The notes below the pieces were generated by a model that had not been told where the DNA came from, ran no database searches, and worked only from the letters and a program-made list of their open reading frames with translations. This document shows positions 35,548-49,085 of a DNA stretch of 64,000 nt, piece after piece. Source of the DNA: Folioceros fuciformis (taxonomy: Eukaryota); NCBI GenBank assembly GCA_049999805.1, contig JBNGIO010005971.1, positions 1 to 64,000 of the forward strand, read 5' to 3'. The stretch's first letter is position 1. Each line of letters begins with the position of its first letter. Both the position numbers and the translations under genes were made by a program.

Positions 35548-36146
35548 TAACACCAATCCAGTCAACCACTAGCAACTTTGGCCAAATAACACCAACCAGG
35601 TCCACAACTAGCAACTTCATCAAATGTACAAGCAGGTAGGCCCTTCTCATCATCTCTAATCATCTTAGGATGATAGGTAGTTATGGGAGTATAATAGATA
35701 AGGGTAAATAATTTTCTTATCTCTTCTTTTAATATTTGTTTATCATGTTTATTGAAAGCCACTTTTCTTTATGAGGCGGCGAACTCCCACGCATGAGGTT
35801 CTTATACTCGACAGCTTTGCGTGATAATGCTAATGGTACTGGCCATAGACGAGCGTCCCGTGTACTTTACATAGCTTGAAAACAAAAAGAGGGGTAGGTC
35901 TGTCTCAAGCTCATCAAGCTCATCAAGCTCAATCCTTAAAGTATGTGGATGTGTCCGCGTAAGTGTGAAAGGGGCCAGCATGAGCAGGCAGCGGGCAGCC
36001 ACCCACGGATGAGGAGAAGAAGCTCACCCTGACGTGAGTGAGAGAAGAGACAGACAACAAGGCCGTGTGAAACATGAGCACGAGCAAGTAAGCGTCCACG
36101 GTCCGATACATGTGACAGCACAGTGGCATCGACGAGGCAGGCTACC

Positions 36147-39100
36147 ATGTGGGACTGCTCCTGTTCCTGCAGGGGGGTGGGCTTGCTCTCCACTCCGCCG
36201 CCGCCTGCCTGCTGCGGGCTGGGATTGGGATTGGGACTGGGATTCCTGTCTCTGGGCTCACCCGCATTTCCTGCCCCCTCCGCCGCCCGACTGGGCCTGA
36301 GCTCCCGCCCACCTCTCAGCCTCAGCTGCTGGGCGGCCAGGAGTGCCAACCTCAACTCTGCCGACGTTGATGATCGCACTCCTCCTCCTCCTCCCGTGCA
36401 CCCCTTCCGGGTCTCCTCCGGAGTGCAAGCCTCTGACACCCCCATTCTGTCGCCTACTTCCCTCTCCATTCCGTTCGGGGACCGAGAGGTGAGCCTGAAT
36501 TGCGTCTCGTCCTGCTCCTGAGGCCTATTTCCCATTCGCAATCCACGTCTGTCTCCAGCTTGCGCACAGCAATGCAGCTTTTTCTGAGTGTAATCTTGGA
36601 GTTGGCAGGTCATCATCGAGACAGGGCTTATCGGCCGCCAGGCGAATGGGGCTGTCACCGTATCGGATGGCGAGACCGTGAGTTTTGCTCAGCACCCACT
36701 TCTCCCCTCAAAATTTTCCGGACCCACCAATTCCATTTCTTGACCAGAGCAATCTCGCGTTGCCGACAGGAGGGAGCTCCTCCTCTCTTCTGTTACTGAG
36801 TCCCTCCGTTCTGCTGCAGATTGTTTACACCACGGTTTGTGCAGCCACAGACCCGACGGAACCCTCGGACTTCGTGCCTCTCACAGTCCAGTACCAGGAG
36901 AGATTATCTGCAGCTGGCCGGACCAGGTACCACTCCATCCCTTTGTGGGTGTCTGTCTCGCATTTGTTTCAATTCTGGAGGATCGGCGCCCCCTCTGAGG
37001 ACGTTGCCTCACTTTTCTTGGAATTTTGTACAGTGGAGGGTTCATAAAACGGGAGGGCAGAGCTCGGGAGAACGAGGTGAGAACATCAGCCCAGTGTGGA
37101 AGTACTTTTCGTCGTAGCAGCTCTTCCCAAGTCTGGATTGATTTTGAATGTCTTGGGTTTTGGTTTCAACAGATCCTTGTCTGCAGGCTCATTGACAGAC
37201 CCATCCGGCCCCTCATAGCTAAGGGCTTCAACTACGAGACTCAAGTGCTGGTTTGGGTGCGTGTGCTCCTCAAAGCGTACCCAATGCCTTGTCCAGCTGG
37301 ATTTGACGGACAAGTTGACTTGTGTCCAGCAGCTCTGGCTGCAAGTTTGAGAGTCCGCCTCTAGCACTGACAAAAGGCTGTGCTCCTCACGCTGCTTTCT
37401 TGAAGGTTTTAAGTTATGATGGTGTGCACGCTCCAGAACCGCTAGCAATTACTTCTGCCGGTGCAGCCTTGTGAGTCAGTCCTCTGCTCTCCTTCCAGGC
37501 CTACCCTCTCGAGTCCTTTGTGTATTTGCAGTGAATGTGACGTGGGTCTGAGTCCTGCGTGGACCTTTCTCTCGTTGGATTGTGGTGCCTCGCTCTGAGG
37601 GCTCCCTGTCGTTATGCCAGGGCTTTGTCGGACATCCCATTTGAAAGGGCAGTTGCCGGTGTTCGAGTTGGCTACATTGATGGTGCATATCTGGTTAACC
37701 CGACTGTGCAGCAGCTCAGTCGTTCTAAACTTGACCTAGTATTAGCGGGAACATCAGAGGCGGTTCTCATGATTGAGGTATACCTGATTATTCAGCCCTT
37801 GTCTTAGGCACAGGTGTGGCTGATTGCAGGCTCCTGGGAAGTGGCATGAAATGTCTATCTTGTGCTGCAGGGCTACTGTGAATTTTTGACCGAGGAGCAG
37901 CTCTTGGCAGCTGTCGAAGTTGGGCAGGTAAGCAAATAGTGGTGGTCTCCGTGAGTGACGTCCATAGGCTGCGTGCAGGCTATTTTCTCAGCTGCCCTGA
38001 ATGATGGCGTCTTTACATCAATATCTGGTATTCAGAAGCAAGCACTGTGGTCATGTCCAGACCGCTAAAGTTTGTGACTATGGTTGGGTGGGGCAGCAAG
38101 CAATTTCCAAGATTTGTGAGGAGCTAGAAAACTTCGCAAGCAAATATGGCAAGAAAAAAAATTTGGATGCAATATCTCTTCCACCCACAGTGATCGAGAG
38201 TTACATTCAGGTACTATACCGACCTTGCGGCCAAACTCTGAGGGACCTACATTCTGGTGAGAAGCTTCCTTACGTGAAATTTTTGGCCATCAGGATCTGT
38301 TCGGGGAAAAGCTTGCAAGTGCCTTGCAAATAAAGGGGAAGAAAGCACGCGCAGCAGCTATAGGGGTCTTAGAACAGAAGATTCTTACTGCCCTAGCAGA
38401 GGACGGGCTAGACCAAGTGGCAAATAAAGATGATGAACGAGATGCGGTGTGGGATGAGGAGGAAGATGAAGAACTAGTTGTGGAAGATGGAGAAGTAGAT
38501 GAAGGTGATGTTCATGTGAAGCCGGTTTTGAGGAGGCCAATCACCCAGGTCTGTAATACGTAGGTCTTAACCCTGCCTTGAAAAGTTTTCTATAGGCGTT
38601 TATGCTGTTCGCTCTCAGCCTCTTATCATGCTCTTCATATTCTTTCCTTACACTGTGTCACATGTTCACAGCGCTTTGATCCGGTTGATGTGAAGACTGT
38701 TTTCAAAGAGGTTTCATCAAAAGTCATGCGTGAACTCATTGTACAGGTCTGTCCTTGGGATTGAATGATACGGAGAGCCCTGCAACTTTGCGCGTATTCA
38801 ATCCTTTTCGTTGGGATTCATCGTGTTTTTCTTTTTTCGGCGTCTCTACAGAAAGGCTTGCGAAGCGATGGCAGAGGCGTGACGCAGGTCCGTCCAATTC
38901 AAAGTCTCTGTGGTCTCCTCCCACGGGCACATGGAAGTGCGCTGTTCACGCGAGGAGAGACTCAGGTGCTGACTGTTCTTGTTTAGCTCACTCGCAGGCT
39001 AGAGAACTTAGAGCCTCTCTTTGACGGGATCACTGGAGTGCACGCAGGCATTGGCTGTGGTTACCCTGGGAGGAAATGACATGGGGCAAAGACTTGACAA

Positions 39101-42100
39101 CCTCAACAACATCGAGGACATTAAACGTTTCTATTTGCAGGTCTGTTACCTTATCTGCCATCAGCTTCTGATTCCTCCCACATGGGTGGGAGCTATGCAG
39201 AGGTGAAACTTCATATGGTTAGTGTGTGGATTTCTGGAATGAAAAACAAACTGGCAGTGTCATAGTTTAATCTGGGTTTGGGTTGAGCATGACGGCTACT
39301 GAAAGCGTCTTCAGACACGTAACTTTTTTAACACAGTCATCCGTGATTGTAGTATACATTTCCTCCCTCGTGTGTGGGTGAAACTGGACGGATCGGTGCA
39401 CCTACAAGGCGAGAAATAGGACATGGGACCCTTGCCGAAAGGGCTCTTGAGCCAGTTCTCCCATTGGAGACAGAGTTCCCGTACACAATCAGGGTGGAAA
39501 GCACAATCACAGAGAGCAATGGATCCTCCAGGTTTGACCCTTGTGCTTTCTGACAATTGTGAAATTGTTTGCTGGTCGTGAGACTGTTGGCTTCTCCTAC
39601 GCAGTAAATGGCTGTACCGAGTGTGCTGCAAGTTTTGTCATTGCCCAATGAATTCGCACATTTCCATGCATTGTTTCAGCGGTTGCCTTTGTCTTTCAGC
39701 ATGGCGTCTGTTTGTGGTGGTTGCCTGGCGATGCTGGATGCTGGTATTCCCTTGAAAGGTCCCATTGCTGGAGTGGCCATGGGTCTGATACTTAGAACAC
39801 GAGAGTGTGGGGGTGATGGGGAACCAGTGATCTTGACTGACATTCTTGGTTCAGAAGATGCGTTGGGTGATATGGATTTCAAGGTTAGGTACTTCTTTGA
39901 GTTCCGAATAAGATCTACTGGTTTTTACTTTATGTTTGGGGTCATATTGATGCTCATGGTCCTGTGCAGGTCGCTGGGAACGAAGATGGCATAACTGCTT
40001 TTCAAATGGACATAAAGGTGAGTGAGCGCCTGCTGTGTGGGTTGTCCGTTGTGGAAGTTTGTTATGTACCATGGCAACAGAAGAAAGCAGACTATTTGGT
40101 GATGTAGGTGGAAGGGATCAGTTTAAAGATTTTAGAGAAGGCCCTTGCCCAAGCCAAGATAGGAAGACAACATATTCTTGGTGGGATTATGCTTCAGCTG
40201 ATTCTAGAGACAGTAGCTCAGCTGTGGTTGAACCAGTAAGTTCTGATGACAATACTCCTCTGGTTCAGTCGAGATGACAAAAAGCTCTCCACCACCCGCA
40301 AGATCACTTTCCAAATATGCTCCTTTGATCGAAATGATGAAGGTACGCACGAAGAATCTCAGGCCTCACAGCTGTCTGCAGGAGCATATGAGCTAAGCTA
40401 TCTTGGCCATCGATTAACGCATCAATTTGGTGCAGGTGGATTCAGACAAGCTGAACATAGTAATTGGTCCGGGTGGAAAAACCGTCAAGGGTATCATTGA
40501 AGAGACTGGTGTGGATACTATTGACATAGAAGATGATGGCTCAGTAAGTATGGCCCCTGTCATTTAAAAATGCAGGCAAAGTTTCCCGGACCTCGCCTGA
40601 CAATGTCTGATGTCTCAGATATCTATCTGCGGTAAATCCACTGAATCCCTTTTGCTCGCCAAAGCAAGAATAGCTGGGCTCACAATGGTTCCAGTTGTGG
40701 GTCAGATATACAAGTACGTGGTTTGGTAAATCTGATTGTGCTTCCTGGACTACTTGTCTCTGCAAAAGCCTGAACAGTGTATCAGCTTTGTTTTTGCAGA
40801 AACTGTGTTGTGAAGAGAGTTATCGCGTTTGGTTGCTTCGTGGAACTGGCTCCAGGACGTGAGGTGTATACATATTACGCGCCTTCAAAGTCATGTGTAG
40901 TGTGTCGCAAGGTTGTTGTGCTTCATGTTGCTAACCCCACGATGACCGTTGCAGGCACTGTTGCATATCAGCGAGTTGAGCACGAGGCGGGTTGCTCGGG
41001 TCGAGGATGTGTGTACTCGAAGAGTGTGAATTCCATCCTGAGTGCAATCTATGTCTTGTGTAGGCATGCTGAACTCTGCTGCTGATTTTGATGTCGTGCA
41101 GGTAGCAAACGAGGGTGATCGTTTAGATGTCAAACTGATTGAGGTACGCCTCCTTCTGTTGTCCGCGAAAGACGCGTCCTTGCCCGCTAGCATGATGCAC
41201 ATCACGGTCTTGTTGGAACCGATTTAAGCACTCCCCGGATGTGCAGATCAATGCCCGAGGCCAGCTGCGGGTGAGTAGACGAGCCCTTCTCCCTCCAGAG
41301 CCAGCCGAAGCAGGAGGAGAGGGGGAGAAGAAACCGAAGCAAAATGATCCCCGTGTGTGGACACGACAAACTGATCAACCCGCAGGGCCAGCCGATGGTG
41401 AAAGGAAGGACAGTGAGACAAGCCTGCGGACAGACACGTCCGATCAACCCCCAGCGGTAGCAGATGAAGACGGAGAGAAGAAAACAAGGATGAAGTCTGA
41501 CCAACGCCCCGTGGTCGCAGATGGAGGAGAGAAGAAAACTAGGGTCAAGTCTGGTCAACCCTCAGTGATAGCAAATGGAGAAGAAGAGGAGACATCGAGG
41601 ATCAAGTCTGCCCAATCCCCAGTGGTAGCAGATGGAGAAGGAGATGAGAAAAGAAGGATCAAGTCTGATGAACCCGCAGTGGCAGCAGATAGAGAAGGAG
41701 AGAGAAAAACAAGGAGCAAGAGTGACCAACCCCCAGTGGCAGCAGACGGAGAAGTAGAGAAAAAGACAAGGAGCAAGACTGATCAACGCCACGATGGAGC
41801 AGAAGAAGAGGGGAAGCAAAGTACGGGGACGAGGAAGCAAAGCACGGGGACGAGGAAGCAAAGTACGGGGACGAAGAAGTCTGATCAACCCCGTGCGGAG
41901 GGAGTGAAGAGGACAAGGCGGACTGACGCAAGCCTTGGAACAGAGACGGGGAGAAAGGCCTCTAAACAGAGAGAACTCATCTCAGGAATCGGGGACAACG
42001 GTGACGCTGGCACTGTTAGCTTAGTGGAGACGGAAATGCAGTTGGCAGCAAAACTGGCAACTGCAGCAGCTTCAGAGGACAGGTTCGCCGAAGTCGAGTT

Positions 42101-42104
42101 GTAG
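36147..42104 (+). CDS. PNP1: Polyribonucleotide nucleotidyltransferase (PNPase), plastid type, ~20 exons
   Basis: Transit-peptide-like N-terminus, [112 protein letters not shown], then KH and S1 domains. Confidence 0.96.
41440..41890 (+). repeat. Coding repeats in the PNPase C-terminal tail (~57-60-bp units x6, 21-bp units x3)
   Basis: KSDQxPVxADGExEKKTR-like units followed by (KQSTGTR)x3. Confidence 0.85.
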
Positions 42105-42681
42105 GGGACGAAGCCTTGACAACACGATGTATGCCAATACTCCGTTTCGAGCTTTGGCCGGAGGGGTTCCGAAGGCGCCCGCTTTACTCCTTTTCCGCCA
42201 TCTAACGCCTGAGCGATATTTGGCGGCCCCTTTTACCGTGGTATGACGTCTTTCTCGTCGTCTTTCTGCATGCGGGGACGTTTGTCAGGTTTCATGTATG
42301 AAACTGACTAGATTCATTGCGAGACGGCGATGGACCCGTCTTCATTCAGACCAAATGCCACGTACAACAAAACTGCCATTTCTTGCGCTGCCATTGCAAG
42401 CACGTACACAACGCCTTGGACAATTCAGCCCGAGAGGAAACTTTCCTGATCTGCATGTTATGAAGCTATCGCGTATCGTGCATTTCACCCGGGTAGTGGA
42501 CTCAGCCCCTGACATAGGACATTCCTCCACAAGGAGGACAAAAGATGAGTGGCAGCATCTCCCATTTACCGTGCACGTCTCAGGCGCCATTAGGGAGCAG
42601 ACAGAGATGAAGCACAATCAACGATACCAAACATTGCTCCCCGTTACTAGTGCAGACGAAGAAGGATGTGCTAAACAAAAG

Positions 42682-45600
42682 TCATGGCCCAGAAGCTCGC
42701 GGAACTCCGGCTTTGATCGCTTGCTGACTCGTGTAGCACACAAAATGTACCACCACACCTGAGGGGTAAACGGCAAAAGCACTGTTCCCCATTCTCTTGT
42801 GGCAGGTGGCACAGTTCCGGTCGGTGGTTGTTTTCACCGTTCGCCTGCGACAGTTCAACAGCTCCTCACGAACCTGCTCGCCAGGGAGCGTGTTCATCCG
42901 TGTGAGCAGCGTAAAACTGGACCACGAATAGTCTTTATGGGAAAAACATTCTAAGGTATCGATTGGAACGCAGCCCACAAGCAAACAGAACCCAAGAAAC
43001 TGACCTGAATGTGCTCACTTCGTCGAAGGCTTTTTATGACAGCAAGATTGCGCCGGGCTTCACTGACTTTCCGCAACAGGGGCTCAAGGAACGGAAGCAA
43101 TTGCTGCACGTGAACCACAAGGCCTTTATGTTGCTGCCATGCCCTACGCTGCAGTCACTCCAGCCTCACATTTCAAAGCAAGGTCCCATACCTGTAGCTT
43201 CGTGTCTGATGGTATCATTCTTAGTGCTTGGACCCAATTCAACCGGTCCCATCTCTCACTGAGCAGGCGCAACGCTTCATCCAGCATTTGGCCCTCACCA
43301 CTGGTTCCCTCGTCACTGTCACCCCTGCTGCTGTCAACTGCATTATCGCCACTGCTGTAGCTTGGACCCTGTTCTGCACCCTCTATTTGCGCGATCTTCT
43401 TTCCCACATTCCCCCTATGTTTTTGCACCGCGCCAGCTTTTTGATTTGGAGTTCCCTTCGATGGAAAGACTCTCCACAGAGACCGTTCAAACTCTTTCAA
43501 AGCTGCCTCTGGCCTAAGGTAGACCTCAAGCAATGTTAGGTAGACATGCACTGAATCCTGATCCGATGAGCTTTGTCCTCGGACAGAGGGAAACAAAGCG
43601 TCCCCGCTGCTTGATCTTCCAGAAACAGATGAGTACACCCTATCACAATATGCCAGAGCTAACTCCCGCTCATGGAGCTGTGGTACCAGACAATAAAGTC
43701 AGAACTCATTGAATTGAGAGCAACCTACAACATCTAGCGAAGGTCAAGCAAAGTGCAACAACCTTGTGGACATAAAGAGTGAGAGCCAGTTTGTGCTGCC
43801 CCATCCTCCCAAGCAAGAAAGCTCGTTCATGGTAGAGACCATCAGATGGGAGCTGCTGGAATATGATCTCCGGAATGTAGTCGGAACTAGTTTCAAGAGC
43901 AGTAAACAACTTCTGTCTCGTCAAACTGTGCTCCCTCTCATCCCACTTCCCTTGAGACAGAAGGTCATCCCGCTCCACCAGGACCCTAGACAGATATAGT
44001 TGCACCTAGATGGACAACATTTCCCAACAGACTTTACCAACCAGGTTGTACAAGTTAACCAGGAACACCAAAGAAAGACTGGGTTCCAACCGGAAAGTAT
44101 ACCAGCTCATTTTGGAGATCAGCGGATGAAAACTCAGGATGCTCAGTAAGCACAGTCTCCAAATATGTTGCTCGCAACTGTGGTGCATGTTCATTGAGAT
44201 GGGAGAGGACAAGCTTCGCTGGAAGTGGTGGCTTCAAAGCAGAAAACAATCTCAAAGCCTGGTCAGGCTCAGTCTTCAAAAGCTTGGTGGATGTTAAAAG
44301 TACGAGAGATGGATCATAATCTCCCAAACCCTGTAGCACAGGAGTGTGCAAGCCTAACATCAGAACATGCCTGGCATTTTGGGACATGTTCAGAAATAGT
44401 TGGAATTTGCAGAAAACGCAAAAATTCATGGCAGAAACAACGTCAAATCCGACACCTCTAAATGCCTCGTCCTAGACACATCATGGACATGATGAACAAG
44501 TGCAGACTCTGGTTACCAGAATGTAATCTATAACTTGCTGAGGGCCGAACGTAACAGAACTTGACGGCTGCACATCAAAGGACTCCGGCTCTAATGCCAG
44601 TCGATTGAGAAGCTCCAGAGCTGCACGATGATGGTGGTTGTGCCTGTACAACTCTATCACCTCAGCATAATGGCCTCCTGCAAGCATCACCTTTTCACAG
44701 GACGGGACATCACAGTAATTGGGCCCCTTCAGAAGCTCGACAGCTGCTTGAGAGTGGCCAGTGGCCACCAATGCTTGCACCAGAGCAGTGTCCAGCACAA
44801 TGGCCAACTCTTTTGGGCCTCTCTTCTGCTGTGAATCCGTACCAATACTCTGTAACAGGGAAATGCCCGCAAGTGTCAGGTACCATCTTATTTGGACAGA
44901 TAATCATGAACATTTGCAGCCAAGATGTTGCAGGAAACTTTGGGACGAGCGCAAACCTGATCATCAAATTTCCTTTCACCAGAGGGTCCTCGTTTGAGAG
45001 CTGAAACTTCCACAATAGCGGCGACGGCAGCAGTCGTCTCCTCAGCCTGCACCTTCCCAATAACAGCACCCCTTCTGGATGTCAGAAGTCCTGACAATGC
45101 ATTGAATGCCGCTGTGCTTGTTTTCACTTCCACATGATGTTCCTCATCTTCCGATTTCCCAGTTGCACCCTCTAATTGATCGAAGGGTAGCGACAACTCT
45201 TCCCCATATCCTTGAGAAAGGACATTAGCAGGCCTGGACACCCAACTTGGAAGCTTTATAGATGGGAATAACGATAAAATGGTGACGAGGTCCAAGGAAG
45301 AGGCTGCAAAATGCTCCATCGCTTGCACATATTCACCTTGCTCGAACAACGTGTAACCATACCTGATCTCAAATCAGACAGCAACAGCTAGTCAGTTCTT
45401 TCTGTGTCATGCGGTCCACAGGCACCAAATCCTGGCTGAGATGAAGCACATTTCTCTGCCAAGCTAACACCAAACAAGAAGTGAGCCCCCAGCTTCTATT
45501 TCCAGCTCCCCAAGACCAACAACAAAACCCACACCGCACACATGACAACGTATCACAAGGCTCTTGAACAGCAAACATCGAGAGCATAGGTTGCAGCCCC

Positions 45601-46888
45601 ACCGTTGGTGAATGCCATCTTCCTTTGCTATCCGGAGTGCAGCATCTTCGGGAGGAAGGAGCTTGCAGAGCGCTAAGGCATCCTCAAAGTTGCCAGAAGC
45701 AGCTAGCTGCACTACCTGGATTTCCAGCCGCCATGGAAACGCGTTACATACCCTCCCCTTATTTGCCAAGAGGCCAAGGGAAAGAAAGAAGTATTGGGCA
45801 CCTGCATGGCGATGGGGACGGAGACAAGAAGGTAGACGACGGTCTCCGACGCCGCAACCACACCACTGTCGTCAGAGAGTAACAACTGTGGCTCCCGGAT
45901 GGGAATTGTTTGCACCAACCCATGGGGAGTCCGAAGCGACCTTACCTGCAACACCATTCCAAAAGCGCCATGGGTGGGAAAACGAGGCCTCCACACGAGC
46001 ACGACATGCTAGCAGTACCACCGCAGGCAGCAGTACCTCTATGAAACGGGGCATGCGTGCCAGCGCATGCGGACCATGAGTTACGACAGTGCCGGGTGGC
46101 TCAGACCAACTGATGCCACTCTGTTGAGTGAGCTTCCCATTGCTGTCCACGAAAACCCCAACATTCTCCTGGAGATGGCCGGCCAAACGCGTCCATCACA
46201 ATCCATACCACTGCCGCACATGCGGAAGCAGCAGACCGCAATGTAAGGATCTCACCTTCCCCAACAACAGCTGGTCTCTACTGAGCGCCACAGCTAAAGG
46301 GGGAGCCACCCTCCCCGCAGGAAAAACGTCGATGGACGCCCCAGTGCTCACATTCACGATCACATACTCCTTCCGGATCCCCAAACACACGGAATCCCCA
46401 CACCACACCATGGACTTGACCGCATCCGGGATCCCCAATTCCTTCACCTCGCTCACGTCATGCCTGCCGTCCAGGCGGTATATGTAGAGCCGCTTCTTCA
46501 CTGCCACCGCGAGCTGAGACCGGTGAGCGTCCAAGGCGTAGAGGGAGGCACCCTTGGTCTTGGCCAGCGTGGAAACCAGGTCGAATTCGGGAAGAGTGTG
46601 GATGGCGAGGGCGTCGGAGAGCGAGACCAGGCAGGTCCGCAGGGCGTGCATGCAGGTGATGGGCTTCTTGGAGAAGGCGACCCGGGTGTGCCGAAGTGCA
46701 TAGCGCGGGGCCAGCTGCTGCACTTGCTCTTCTCCAAAACCCTCCTCATTCTCGATCTCGGGAGCGTAGAGTCGCAGCGCGCCATCGATGCAGGCCAGCA
46801 GGAGACGGCGATCCCACAGCACCAGGCTGCTGATCTTGATGGGGCAGTCCCGGACCACGGCTACCTCGTCAAACGCGTTGTGCACCAT
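42682..46888 (-). CDS. VPS39: Vacuolar sorting protein 39 (VPS39/Vam6, HOPS complex), multi-exon
   Basis: Starts MVHNAFD with a CNH domain (LAVAVKKRLYIY, SMVWCGDSVCLGIRKEY). Further motifs QLAASGNFEDALALC, LDTALVQAL..GPNYCDV and ERAFLLGRMGQH, and a C-terminal CATCHKRMGNSAFAVYPSGVVVHFVC. Confidence 0.95.
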
Positions 46889-47080
46889 GTCCACTGCCTC
46901 GCCCTCTTCACAGCCCCTTAACACGGGCAGACAGTTTAAGTCTTGTTTTATTCCTCATTTTTGACTCCTCGCCAAAAACGTGTACATAGAGTATTTCTGA
47001 AACCCGCCTTTTGAACAAGGGATTTCCAGATCCAGGTCTGGATAGGCAAATATCCTTCCGTTCAAGGCTGCAAACTTTTA

Positions 47081-47272
47081 CTGTACCTCTCGGTCGTCCC
47101 TTACCAAGGGGGGCGGAACCCCTAACCTGGGTTGGATTGTTCTGCGCGTTTCCTGTACCTCCTGGTCGTCCCTTGCCAAGGGGCGCGGAACTCCTANNNN
47201 NNNNNNTTCCTGTACCTCCTGGTCGTCCCTTGCCAAGGGGCGCGGAACTCCTACACTTGTTTGTTCTGCGCT
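47081..47272. repeat. Tandem ~70-bp hairpin-containing repeat (at least 3 copies, 10-N gap inside)
   Basis: CTGTACCTCCTGGTCGTCCCTTGCCAAGGGGCGCGGAACTCCTA and variants at ~47081, ~47153 and ~47210. Confidence 0.85.
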
Positions 47273-47859
47273 GGAGACACTTTGCAATAATAAACTAAAC
47301 TTATGCGCCATTTGGGTCATCGTCCATGCTACAGAGTTTCATGATTTTAAGTATGGATGTCTACCACTCCCCCTCAAGTTCACTAGAGCTGGACTTGGCT
47401 CTTGTTTTTTTTGACCTCTACCAAGCGTTCTAACTTTGGTCTTGGGTTTGTCTGAGGTTGGTGACAACAATGTCCCTCTTTATTGGTGGTGATGGTGACT
47501 AATAGACAATTCTCATAACATATAATCCCTTACTTCTCCCATTTATTATATGGAAGGTCATGTAGATATTTCATTTCCACCCTCAAGCTTGTCCAGTCAT
47601 CCATGTTCCATACTTGTTGTTGTATGTGCTACTCCTTGAGCCATGATTTAGCTTCCATTCTTACAACAACTTCTTGGTATTTGTTGGCAAGTTAAGCATC
47701 CACACCCCTTTAGCCAACTTTCAATCCATAATCTTAAGCTGTACTCCCCAATTGACACTCAAAGTTAAGCAAGAGAGATAGAGGAGAAGTTAAGACTTAG
47801 AAAACACTCAAATGTACGAGGGGTATGGCCTTAGACTCATATTGGGTCGTAATAAAGCT

Positions 47860-48016
47860 TTTTAGTGGGATGAAGCTAATGGTCTGATGCAAGTACCCAA
47901 GAAGTGGAAGAGCATAAGATCAACTTGATGCCTAGATTTTAGTGGGATGAAGCTAATGGTATGATGCAAGTACCCAAGAAGTGGAAGAGCATAAGATCAA
48001 CTTGATGCCTAGATTG
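47860..48016. repeat. 77-bp direct tandem duplication
   Basis: AGTGGGATGAAGCTAATGGT...CTTGATGCCTAGATT begins at 47864 and again at 47941. Confidence 0.9.
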
Positions 48017-48097
48017 ATTCCATGTGAGTATGCTGATACAAACTGAATCCCAAGCATTTGGCAAAAGCTCTACATCATATATCCACTGATAAATAGT

Positions 48098-49085
48098 CCA
48101 TAAGTATTCTTCCCTGCAAGACGACATACTTTCATTGCTCTCTAGACTCATGGGGTTATGGGCGAGGACTTTTCAAGGTTTGTCAAAGAGTGCACCAGGA
48201 TTTATCACAGCCATAAGAATGAAATGGTGTCCTTCTTCTTTCCTATCACAACCATAGGAATGAAATGGTGATCTCCTTTCTTTCGACAATGTGCTTAGGA
48301 CAATTGCTTTGCAAAGAGCATTGGCCAATGCAGTTTTTAGAATAATGATAATCTTATCATAGTTATAAGAATGAAATGGTGTTCTCCTTCTTTCCTATGT
48401 GGTGGTCTTCTTTCGACACTGTGTATCCATTAATTTGCAAAGAGCGTATCCATTACTTTGCAAAGAGCGTATCCATTGCTTTGCAAAGAGCATTGGCCAA
48501 TGCAGTTTTCAGAACAGCGACAAGCTTATCATAGCCATAAGAATGAAATGGTGTTCTCCTTCTTTCCTATCACAGCCATAGGAATGAAATGGTGTTCTCC
48601 TTCTTTCTTTGGACAACATGTATTCATTGCTTTGCAATGAGAATAGCGACAAGCTTATCATAGCCATAAGAATGAAATGGTGTTCACCTTCTTTCCTATC
48701 ACAGCCATTTGAATGAAATGGTGTTCTCCTTCTNNNNNNNNNNTCTTTCCTATCACAGCCATTTGAATGAAATGGTGTTCTCCTTCTTTCTTTCGACAAC
48801 GTGTATCCATTGCTTTGCAAACAACCTATCCATTTGCTTTACCCAGAGCATTGGAAAATGTAGTTTTTAGAATAACAACAAGCTTAAGTCAAGTAACTTC
48901 TTTTGGCATCGGTGGTAAGTAGGCCTTTTGTATCATGCCATTTGGGGAGCTGTAGGTAGTTTGAGAATGATATTCCAAGGGGCTAGTATTGACTGTTTTT
49001 GACCTTTGGTCGGTCATCTTGGGATTGTTCCTCCATTGGAATCTTTGGAGTAGATGGACTTTCCATCTCTTTTTTAATCATAAAC
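48098..49085 (+). mobile_element. Degenerate 3' fragment of the CRE-like non-LTR family at 61-64 kb, with internal tandem amplification
   Basis: Colinear with the reverse complement of ~61330-61760: CCATAAGTATTC..TGCAAGACG, GACTCATGG, TTTTCAAGGTTT, GAGTGCACCA, GTGTATCCATTGCTTTGCAA, GCATTGGCCAATGCA, GGCATCGGTGGTA, ATCTTTGGAGTAGATG, CTTTCCATCTCTTTT. Confidence 0.85.

Noticed and set aside
48200-48830. CRISPR array
   Set aside because: Head-to-tail repeats with no unique spacers and no cas genes in a eukaryotic context; explained as a LINE-derived minisatellite. The 34.3-kb and 47.1-kb repeats also lack spacers and cas genes.
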